Of a DNA stretch of 64,000 nt, positions 56,453-64,000 are shown piece after piece. The stretch covers positions 4,734 to 68,733 of IMG/VR virus record IMGVR_UViG_3300005836_000049. The stretch is one strand, 5' to 3'. Origin of the DNA: a virus. The stretch's first letter is position 1, and the number at the start of each line of letters is the position of its first letter. Both the position numbers and the translations under genes were made by a program. Below the pieces are notes generated by a model. It did not search any database, was not told where the DNA came from, and saw only the letters and a list, made by a program, of their open reading frames with translations.

Positions 56453-56508
56453 TCTGACGAAGATCTCTCTCCAACAACCCTAGACCAACAGAACAAGGAC
56501 CAATTCCA

Positions 56509-57498
56509 ATGACGCAACCGACGCGGGGTGACGTGCATGTCAACAAGCCCCTCACCAACATCTCCATCGCCTTCATGCAGGAGGCGACCAACTTCATCGC
56601 GGACACGGTGTTCCCCAACATCCCCGTCCAGATGCAATCCGACCGCTACTACACCTACGATCGCGGATACTTCAACCGCGACGAGATGAAGGAGCGCGCA
56701 CCGGGGACCGAGTCCCAGGGCAGCGGCTACTCCCTGGACAACACGCCCACGTACTACGCGCGCGTGTACGCCTTCCACCACGACGTTCCGGACCAGATCC
56801 GCGCGAATGCGGACAGCGTCATCTCCCTCGACTCGGACGCGACCAAGCTGGTCAGCCAGAAGGCGCTGCTGAAGCGGGAGAAGCTGTGGGTGGCGGCCTA
56901 CTTCGCGGGCGGCATCTGGACGTTCGACTACGACGGTGTCGCAGCGGCTCCGATCGCCAACCAGGTGCTCCAGTGGAACGACGCCAACTCGACTCCGATC
57001 GAAGACGTCGCTGCCGCCATGGACATCGTGCTCCAGGAGACCGGCTTCCTCTGCAACAAGCTGGTGCTCGGTCGCCAGGTCTGGACGGCTCTCAAGAACC
57101 ACCCGGACATCATCGACCGCGTGAAGTACGGCCAGACGGCTCCGGGCACGGCCAAGATCAGCGTTCAGGCGCTGGCTGACCTGTTCGAAGTCGAGCAGAT
57201 CGTGATCATGCAGTCCATCGAGAACACCGCCAAGGAAGGTGCCGCGAACGTGCACGCCTTCATCGGCGGCAAGAAGGCTCTGCTGTGCTACGCTGCTCCG
57301 TCTCCGGGTCTCCAGGTTCCGACCGCCGGTTACACCTTCTCGTGGACGGGCCTCCTGGGCTCGGGCGCGATGGGTGGCCGCATCAGCAAGTTCCGCATGG
57401 AACACCTGAAGTCGGACCGCATCGAGATCGAGATGGCCTTCGAGCAGAAGAAGGTCAGCGCCGACCTCGGCTTCTTCTGGGACACGGTCGTCGCCTGA
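56509..57498 (+). CDS. Major capsid protein
   Basis: 329 aa. Follows scaffold and decoration genes. Strong CA-rich leader with SD. Confidence 0.65.
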   Translation: MTQPTRGDVHVNKPLTNISIAFMQEATNFIADTVFPNIPVQMQSDRYYTYDRGYFNRDEMKERAPGTESQGSGYSLDNTPTYYARVYAFHHDVPDQIRANADSVISLDSDATKLVSQKALLKREKLWVAAYFAGGIWTFDYDGVAAAPIANQVLQWNDANSTPIEDVAAAMDIVLQETGFLCNKLVLGRQVWTALKNHPDIIDRVKYGQTAPGTAKISVQALADLFEVEQIVIMQSIENTAKEGAANVHAFIGGKKALLCYAAPSPGLQVPTAGYTFSWTGLLGSGAMGGRISKFRMEHLKSDRIEIEMAFEQKKVSADLGFFWDTVVA

Positions 57499-57500
57499 TC

Positions 57501-57535
57501 GGATTCTTCAAGGAACACCTCACCATGAAGAATCC
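57501..57535 (+). promoter_or_regulatory. 10-bp perfect hairpin (ggattcttca ... tgaagaatcc) sequestering SD and AUG of the next gene
   Basis: Read directly. The loop contains aggaac. ATG 57525 starts the 3' stem arm. Confidence 0.45.
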
Positions 57536-57776
57536 CAGACGACCCGCGTTCGACGCAACCAACGGCTTCGTCGCTCGCAAGGCGTTCGTCTACGCAGGGG
57601 AGATCTACGCCGCAGGCGCGGAGTTCCCCTTCAAGAAGAACGGCTGCGACGACCGCAAGCTGCGACAGCTGTGGGACAACGGCTTCCTTCTCCCCCTCGG
57701 CGGGGAGAAGGGGGCGCGTCCCGTCCCGACAGAAGTGACCGCCACCGACAAGCGCCGGAAGGCCAAGCAGGCCTGA
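57525..57776 (+). CDS. Small hypothetical head-tail region protein
   Basis: 83 aa. Confidence 0.4.
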   Translation: MKNPRRPAFDATNGFVARKAFVYAGEIYAAGAEFPFKKNGCDDRKLRQLWDNGFLLPLGGEKGARPVPTEVTATDKRRKAKQA

Positions 57777-58189
57777 TGCCCAGCGAGGGCGATCTCCAGT
57801 TCGTCATCGGGGTCCTCAACAAGTTCGTCGAGAAGCACGTGAAGATCATCACGCTGGATGCGACTGCGAACTTGATTGAGGACACCCCGGTGAAGACTGG
57901 TTGGGCACGCTCCAATTGGGTCCCTGCCATCGGTTCAGCAGCAGCACCCGATGTCTCAGTCAAGGAACCAGTGGCCGCTGACGTCGCCGGGCGCCGCGCA
58001 GAACAACAGGCGGGACTCGCGGAAGTCGTGAACGGCTACCAGCTGCCCGCTCCAGTCTTCATCTCGAACAACGTGCCCTACATCAACCGACTGAACGACG
58101 GACACTCGCAGCAGGCGCCCACTGGCTTTGTCCAGTCGGCCGTCTTGCGCGCAGTCCGAGATGCGTTCGCGGAAGGCGTCCAAGAGTGA
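57776..58189 (+). CDS. Head-tail joining protein (HK97 gp10-like)
   Basis: DTPVKTGWARSNW motif. 137 aa. ATGA overlap. Confidence 0.5.
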   Translation: MPSEGDLQFVIGVLNKFVEKHVKIITLDATANLIEDTPVKTGWARSNWVPAIGSAAAPDVSVKEPVAADVAGRRAEQQAGLAEVVNGYQLPAPVFISNNVPYINRLNDGHSQQAPTGFVQSAVLRAVRDAFAEGVQE

Positions 58190-58626
58190 CCAACCTCATC
58201 GAAGCAACGGACCTCGTCTTCAAGGACTGGCTGGCCTACATGGCTGCCAATTCTCTCGAAGAGGTCACGTTGTTCGGCAACGAGGATGGCGTGGGCGGGG
58301 TCAGACCCGATGCCGGCACGGACCCTTGGTACAGGGTCAGCTACCGCGAGGCCTCGGGCGGGCGCGCGAATCTGAACGGAGTCGTTGGTACACGCAGCTA
58401 CGAGCGCGTGGGCTTCCTCTCCATTCAATGCTTCGATCTCGTGAACAAGGGAGTGCGAGACGTCATCACGATGGCGGAGAACGCGCGCACCTACTTCGAG
58501 GATCGACGCAACACCACGGACACGAACATCATCTATCTCAACGCCGACATCCGACCTCAGCAGCCCGACGGGAAATGGTTTCCCGTGTTGCTAGAGATCC
58601 GGGTCGAGGTGTCGGACACCAAGTGA
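58186..58626 (+). CDS. Putative tail completion/terminator protein
   Basis: 146 aa. Position between adaptor and major tail protein. Confidence 0.35.
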   Translation: MTNLIEATDLVFKDWLAYMAANSLEEVTLFGNEDGVGGVRPDAGTDPWYRVSYREASGGRANLNGVVGTRSYERVGFLSIQCFDLVNKGVRDVITMAENARTYFEDRRNTTDTNIIYLNADIRPQQPDGKWFPVLLEIRVEVSDTK

Positions 58627-58636
58627 AGGAACCCTC

Positions 58637-60169
58637 ATGAGCCTCGTCAAAACCAATCAGATCAGCCTGTCGGCGGCCATCGAAGCCTCCCTGGCCGTCC
58701 TCCCCGGTTCTCCGGCTTGGGTCCTTCAGGAGCCCAACACGGTCAACAAGTTCGGCGCGACCATCACCAAGGTCGCCCGTTCTCCCATCTCGCGACTGCG
58801 CCAGCGCCGCAAGGGCACGACGACCGACCTCGAGTCGAGCGTCGAGTTCGAGTGCGACTTCACGGGCAGCGCATTCAAGTATTTCGCGCGCGGTCTCGTC
58901 GAGGCTGACTGGACCGCGACTCCCTACGCCATCCAGGCCGGAGCGCTGTATCAGGATCTCCGTGCGGAAACCACGGGCAGTCAGTACGAGCACGACGCTC
59001 TGACGGCTGCGATCCCGGTCGGTCGCCTCGTCTTCGCGCGCGGCTTCTCGACCGCCGGCAACAACGGCTTGAGCGTGGTCTCGGGTTCGCCCACGACCAC
59101 GGTCACGCCGGTTACCGGACTGACCCTGACCGACGAAACTCCGGGCAACACTTCAGGCGCTCTGCTCGAAGTCGCCGGGGTCCGCTCGGCGGTCGGTGAC
59201 GTGGACATCACCGTGACGGGCACCACCGGCACCCTGACCTCTACCGTGCTGGACTTCACCACGCTGGGCATCATGGAAGGGCAGCTGATCTACATCGGCG
59301 GTCTGACGAGCACGAACCGCTTCGCCTCCGGACGCCACGGCGCGGCGCGAGTCGTCTCCGTCGCGGCCAACGCCATCGCGCTGGACAAGATCCGCACGAC
59401 CCCGGCTGCGACCGCACTCGCGACCGAGGCCAACACCACGATCGCGCTGGACATCCTCTTCGGACGGTTCCTCCGCAACGTGGATGTGGAACATGCCAGC
59501 TACCTGCTGCAGTCGTTCCAGTTCGAACTCGCCTACCCGGATCTGAACGGGTTGGGCTCGGACGGCTACGAGTACGCTGAAGGCAACTACGGCGACACGA
59601 TGTCCATCAACATGCCCGGCCAGGACAAGGCCACGGTCACGTTCGGGTTCATCGGAACCGATTGCGATGCGGCGACGACCTCGCGCGCGAGCGGAGCGAG
59701 CACGCCGGTCAACCCGGTCGAGACCGAAGCCATGAACACGTCCTCGGACGTGGCGCGACTCCGGATCGAGAACGTGGACCACGACGGCCTGAGCACCTGC
59801 TTCAAGTCGATGACGGTCACTCTGGCCAACGGCGTGACGCGCGAGAAGTGCCTCGGCTCGTTGGGTGCCCTCGGCCTGAACACGGGCAACTTCCTGATCG
59901 ACATCGAGGCCAAGGCGACCTTCGACAACATCGAAGTCACCGAGGCGATCCGCAACAACGAGACGGTCTCGTTGGATTGGGTGCTCAGCAACGGTGACGG
60001 CGCGGTCGGCTTCGACCTCCCCGCGCTGACCCTGGGCGACGGCGCCAAGGAGTTCCCGGTGGGTGAGACGGTGCTGATCAGCCTCAAGGGCGAGGTCTTC
60101 GCGGACCCCATCCTCGGCACCAGCATCGGCATCAGCCTGTTCCCGGTGTTCCCCAGCGACCCGAACTGA
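58637..60169 (+). CDS. Major tail protein
   Basis: 510 aa, beta-rich. Immediately upstream of the G/GT chaperone pair and tape measure. Confidence 0.55.
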   Translation: MSLVKTNQISLSAAIEASLAVLPGSPAWVLQEPNTVNKFGATITKVARSPISRLRQRRKGTTTDLESSVEFECDFTGSAFKYFARGLVEADWTATPYAIQAGALYQDLRAETTGSQYEHDALTAAIPVGRLVFARGFSTAGNNGLSVVSGSPTTTVTPVTGLTLTDETPGNTSGALLEVAGVRSAVGDVDITVTGTTGTLTSTVLDFTTLGIMEGQLIYIGGLTSTNRFASGRHGAARVVSVAANAIALDKIRTTPAATALATEANTTIALDILFGRFLRNVDVEHASYLLQSFQFELAYPDLNGLGSDGYEYAEGNYGDTMSINMPGQDKATVTFGFIGTDCDAATTSRASGASTPVNPVETEAMNTSSDVARLRIENVDHDGLSTCFKSMTVTLANGVTREKCLGSLGALGLNTGNFLIDIEAKATFDNIEVTEAIRNNETVSLDWVLSNGDGAVGFDLPALTLGDGAKEFPVGETVLISLKGEVFADPILGTSIGISLFPVFPSDPN

Positions 60170-60273
60170 GCCTCGCCCCTTTCGTTCAGCCACCTGGGGC
60201 GGGTAAGATGTACCCACTCCAGGTGGCTGTGTAATGCAGCCACCTTCCCACACACCACTAGGAAACCACACAC

Positions 60274-60747
60274 ATGTCCTTCGATTTCTCGAACGTCGCG
60301 GCTCAGCAGGTCCCTTCGGACCGCACCGCACTGTTCACGTTCTATCGTCTCGAGGGGAATCCCTCGCTCACCGTTCGTCCTGCGACCGAAGCCAACCCGG
60401 CCTACCTGCGCGCCATGCTCAAGGATGCGCGCGAGTCGATCCGGCGCTTGAAGTCGGGTTCGGTCAGTCCCGAAATCCTCGTGGAGAACCGCGAGAAGGA
60501 CAAGCGTCTCTTCCCGAAGTACATCGTCACCGGCTGGCCCAAGGCGCCGGTCGATGCCTCAGGCAAGGAAGTTCCCTTCTCTCCGGAAGCGTGCGCTGCC
60601 TTCCTCGCGGCGCTGCCCTACGACATGTTCAACGAACTGCGGGACTTCTGCAGTTCGATGGACAACTTCCGTCCGCAGGTGGACGAGGGCGGGCACGACG
60701 ACGGCGAACTCACGGCAGCCGAGTCGGAAGACCTCGCGGGAAACTGA
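60274..60747 (+). CDS. Tail assembly chaperone G
   Basis: 157 aa, acidic C-terminus. Directly upstream of tape measure. Confidence 0.6.
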   Translation: MSFDFSNVAAQQVPSDRTALFTFYRLEGNPSLTVRPATEANPAYLRAMLKDARESIRRLKSGSVSPEILVENREKDKRLFPKYIVTGWPKAPVDASGKEVPFSPEACAAFLAALPYDMFNELRDFCSSMDNFRPQVDEGGHDDGELTAAESEDLAGN

Positions 60748-61088
60748 CTGAGCGGCTCAAATGGGAGCTCAGGCTGGACGAGCAACGGTATGTGATCGAG
60801 ACCAAGATGGCTCGAGAACAACCGTTGCCGGACTGGTTCCTGAACGAGCCGCCACTGCTTCCGCTCTCCGAGTTCTTCCTGCGGCACTTCTGGGTCTTGG
60901 ACACGGAGCGTCCCGTGGGCATGACCCAAGGCAGGATTCCGGAGTCCAAGATCGCAGGGTACGCCATCCGAAAGGGACTCCCTTCGGACCTGGTCGATCT
61001 CTTCATCACCGTGATCCTTGCCTTGGATCGGACCTTCCTGCAGTGGTGTCAAGAGCAGATTGACAAGAAGAAGCCACCGCAAGCATGA
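60274..61088 (+). CDS. Tail assembly chaperone GT (programmed -1 frameshift product)
   Basis: Slippery heptamer G_GGA_AAC at 60738-60744, 1 codon before the G stop. The -1 frame stays open to 61088 (ending ATGA into tape measure). Confidence 0.55.
60738..60744 (+). promoter_or_regulatory. -1 ribosomal frameshift slippery site GGGAAAC
   Basis: Canonical X_XXY_YYZ heptamer in the zero frame of G. Confidence 0.55.
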
Positions 61089-64000
61089 CCGACTTCAAGA
61101 TCAGAGTGATCATCGACCCGGCTCCCGCTGTCCAAGGCGGGAAGGAAGTCGAGAATCAACTCAAGAAGACCGAGGGCGCCGCTGACAAACTTCATCGTTC
61201 GTTGCTGACGGCGTTCGGCGCTCTCGGTCTCACGGTCGGGATTGCCCAGTCGGTTCACTTGCTCTCGGAGTTCAGCACCGAGATGGCCAAGGTCGCGATC
61301 GTTACGGGCGCGACCGGGGCGGATCTCGATGCGCTGAGCAAGTCCGCCCAGCAGGTCGGACTGACGACTAGTCAGAGCGCGACGGAGGCGGCTGCCTCGC
61401 TCGTGATTCTCGCGCGCGCGGGATTCACTGCGAACCAGTCGATGGAACTCCTCAAGGAGACCACCGAACTCGCGGAGGCAGCGGACATCGGCCTCAACGA
61501 GGCGACCCAGGTCACCACCGGCGTGCTTCGTCAGTTCAAGCTCGGCGCGGACGAGGGCGGTCGTGTCGTGGACGTTCTCGCGAAGGCATCGATCATCGGA
61601 GGCGAGTCGGTCGGTGAGTTGGGCGACTCGCTCCGCTCAATCGCACCCATCGCTGCCGGCCTGAACGTCTCGCTCGAGGAGACTGCCTCTCTCCTGAGCG
61701 TGCTCGCGCAGTCGATGATCAAGGGTCAGGCAGGCGGCGCGGCTCTTCGCAAGATCATCAGTGAACTCGAGACGCCGAGCGACGCTGTCACGGCTACGTT
61801 GAAGCGATTCGGCCTCTCCGCGGACAAGGTGAAGATCAGCCAGGTTGGACTCACGGGCGCCTTGGCTAACCTCAAGGCAGCGGGCATCGACACTGCCGGC
61901 GCCCTCGAGTTGTTCGGCGATCGCGCTGGTCCGGCTTTCAACGTCCTCATCTCGAACCTCCCGAAGATCGAGGATTTCAACGGCAAGCTCAAGAACGCGG
62001 GAGGCACTGCCAAGGAGGCTGCGGACACGATGGACAAGAGCCTCGGCGAGGCTCTCAAGCGAGTCGGGACCGCGTTTCAAGGCCTGATCCTCTCGGTCGG
62101 GGACTCGGGCGCATTCACCGCACTCACCGTCTCCGCTGACGCGGTCTCTGCGAGCATCGCCTTCCTCGCAACGAACATCGACTCGCTCGCTCCCGCGCTC
62201 GTGGTCCTGGGTGTTGGGCTGCTCCTGACCAACACGGCTCTCGTGGCGACTACGGTTGCAGCCTACAACGCTGCGGCAGCCTACCTCGCTCACCTGGCGG
62301 CTTCCGTTGCCTTGACGTTCGCGCTCGGCGGGGTCCAAGCGGTCGCGGCAGGCGCCGCTCGGTCGCTGCTGGCACTCAGCTTCAACCCGTTCATCCTGGT
62401 CATTGCCGGAGCGGCTGCGGCCTTCGTCATCATCCAGAAGCTGACCCAGGGGATCGAAGAGTACAACGCTGCGCTCAAGATCTCCGAGGGCGGGACTCTC
62501 GGGGGTCTCACCGGGTTTGGCCAAGCGGGCGAGAACATAATCCGCATCACGAAGCTCATCAAGGGTTACGACCAGCAGTTGGCTGCTGGCAAGCTCACCC
62601 AGACGCAGTATGATCAAGTCACGGTCCACCTCAAGGAGCAGCTGGTCAAGTACCACGATGCCCAGGAGAAGGCGAAGAACTCGACCAAGGAGCACCAGGC
62701 TGCGGTTGCTGCTGCCGCGAAGGCCCAGAGCGACTTCGACCTCGCACTCCAGAGTTCGGTCAAGGGTCTGAACGACGAAGCTCGCCTGCTTGGGCTGGGC
62801 AATGCCGAGCGCGCGGTTCAGGCCTCGCTCCTCAAGGAGATCGGCGCCATCGAGCAGGAGGGCGGACCCAAGCTGAGCGACGAGCAGAAGGGCGAACTCG
62901 AGGCTCTCATCCGACGCAACGAGGTTCTGAAGAATCAGTCGGAAGCGCTGGAGAGTGTGAAGGGTCCGCAGGAGGACTTCATTCGGCGTCTCGAGGCGCT
63001 CCAGCAGGTGCTCGATCAGGGCAAGATCAGCACCGAAGAGTTCGACAAGGCGGTCCAGGACCTCGCGCGCAGCGCGTCAGACAAGGTGGACTTGACCAAG
63101 CTCAAGCTCCCGGAAGACCTGAGCAGCAAGGTAGATCTCAAGGGTCAGCTGGATCAGATCAAAGCAATGATCGAGGCGGAGAAAGCGCGCCAGGCCATCG
63201 AGTCTCAGCGCGCGAAGATCGTTGCGGATCTCACCACTCCGCTCGAGACGCTCATCAGCTACGAGGAGCAGTTGCGTGACGCCTACGAGGCGGGCGCGAT
63301 CGCGCAGGACAAGTTCAACGTGGGGATGGCGGAGACCGAGGAGAAGATCAACCTCCTCAATCCGCAGTATGCTCTTCAGAAGCAGCTGCTCCAGGACATC
63401 AACGGTCCCGCCGAGGAAGTCTACAACAAGCAGCAGGCGCTGGCCGTTCTCTTCGATCAGGGCAAGATCACCCTCGAGCAGTACAACAAGGAACTCGACA
63501 AGCTCAAGGATCCGACGCCGATCATCACGTTCTCGGACGGTGCCTCAGATGCCTTCAGCAAGTTGCAGGCCAAGGTCAAGACGACCGGCGAAGTCGTCTC
63601 AGACATCCTCACCACGAGCTTCGACAGCGCCTCTCAGGCGCTCGCCGACTTCGCCACCACTGGCAAGCTCAACTTCGCGGACTTCGCGCGCTCGCTCCTC
63701 GCGGACATCGCCAAGATCATCGCACAGCAACTCCTGCTCTCCGCCCTCGGCATCAACCTGCCTGGCCTGGGTGGCGGCGGGGCTGTTGGGCGTGCTGCTG
63801 GTGGGGAGTTCGAGGCCAACCGAACGATGCTGGTGGGCGAGAAGGGTCCTGAGATGGTCACCTTCGGCCAGCCTGGCTCCGTCACTCCCGCTAATCAGAC
63901 CCAGCAGGCGCTCGCGCAGACGGGCAGCGGAGGTGGCCAGGCGGCACCCCAGGTCAACGTGGCCCCGGCCCAAGTCAAGCTGCAGGTCGTCAACGTGCAA
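61085..64000 (+). CDS. Tape measure protein (5' part; continues beyond window)
   Basis: In-frame ORF from ATG 61085 to the window end (972 codons). Long hydrophobic/Ala-rich segments, then coiled-coil-rich region. Confidence 0.7.
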   Translation, partial: MTDFKIRVIIDPAPAVQGGKEVENQLKKTEGAADKLHRSLLTAFGALGLTVGIAQSVHLLSEFSTEMAKVAIVTGATGADLDALSKSAQQVGLTTSQSATEAAASLVILARAGFTANQSMELLKETTELAEAADIGLNEATQVTTGVLRQFKLGADEGGRVVDVLAKASIIGGESVGELGDSLRSIAPIAAGLNVSLEETASLLSVLAQSMIKGQAGGAALRKIISELETPSDAVTATLKRFGLSADKVKISQVGLTGALANLKAAGIDTAGALELFGDRAGPAFNVLISNLPKIEDFNGKLKNAGGTAKEAADTMDKSLGEALKRVGTAFQGLILSVGDSGAFTALTVSADAVSASIAFLATNIDSLAPALVVLGVGLLLTNTALVATTVAAYNAAAAYLAHLAASVALTFALGGVQAVAAGAARSLLALSFNPFILVIAGAAAAFVIIQKLTQGIEEYNAALKISEGGTLGGLTGFGQAGENIIRITKLIKGYDQQLAAGKLTQTQYDQVTVHLKEQLVKYHDAQEKAKNSTKEHQAAVAAAAKAQSDFDLALQSSVKGLNDEARLLGLGNAERAVQASLLKEIGAIEQEGGPKLSDEQKGELEALIRRNEVLKNQSEALESVKGPQEDFIRRLEALQQVLDQGKISTEEFDKAVQDLARSASDKVDLTKLKLPEDLSSKVDLKGQLDQIKAMIEAEKARQAIESQRAKIVADLTTPLETLISYEEQLRDAYEAGAIAQDKFNVGMAETEEKINLLNPQYALQKQLLQDINGPAEEVYNKQQALAVLFDQGKITLEQYNKELDKLKDPTPIITFSDGASDAFSKLQAKVKTTGEVVSDILTTSFDSASQALADFATTGKLNFADFARSLLADIAKIIAQQLLLSALGINLPGLGGGGAVGRAAGGEFEANRTMLVGEKGPEMVTFGQPGSVTPANQTQQALAQTGSGGGQAAPQVNVAPAQVKLQVVNVQ

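Noticed and set aside
1-64000. Integrase, repressor/Cro switch, CRISPR array, rRNA/tRNA genes, lysis cassette
   Set aside because: None could be supported from the sequence in this window. No tyrosine- or serine-recombinase motifs, no lysozyme/endolysin motifs and no spacer-repeat arrays were seen. They may lie outside the window.

Overview
Near-certainly double-stranded DNA phage sequence (virion or prophage), ~64-65% GC, almost every gene on the + strand, tightly packed with ATGA/GTGA/TTGA start-stop overlaps. Organisation, left to right: (i) 81-1672, the end of a structural module (fibre-like protein plus a small membrane/coiled-coil protein). (ii) 2216-23099, a replication/nucleotide-metabolism module: SNF2-like helicase, RecD/Dda-like helicase, class II ribonucleotide reductase, family A DNA polymerase, dCMP deaminase, primase-polymerase/helicase. 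A tightly coupled operon at 8440-16456 looks like a thymidine-hypermodification pathway: ThyA-like pyrimidine hydroxymethylase, P-loop kinase, two aGPT-Pplase-like paralogs, fold-type-II PLP enzyme, radical SAM enzyme, a tentative GT-A-like glycosyltransferase (the weakest call in the operon), HD 5'-nucleotidase. (iii) 23096-39155, about 40 small early/accessory genes, several driven by a repeated composite promoter cassette. This region also holds a trypsin-like protease lipoprotein on the opposite strand, a metallophosphoesterase, an SPFH protein, MazG, a T4-like dNMP kinase and SSB. (iv) 39562-64000, a lambda/HK97-like siphovirus morphogenesis module: TerS, TerL, a leftward early-type gene islet, portal, five beta-rich structural genes, MuF-like protein, XkdF-like protein, scaffold, decoration protein, major capsid protein, adaptors, major tail protein, G/GT -1 frameshift, and a tape-measure gene that runs off the window. 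The most unusual feature is a pair of ~305-bp, ~80%-identical inverted repeats rich in CCCTCC/GGAGGG hairpins, sitting exactly at the two early/late module boundaries (1680-1984 and 39184-39490). No tRNA, CRISPR, integrase or lysis cassette was found in the window. Every functional call rests on motifs read by eye, not on database searches.
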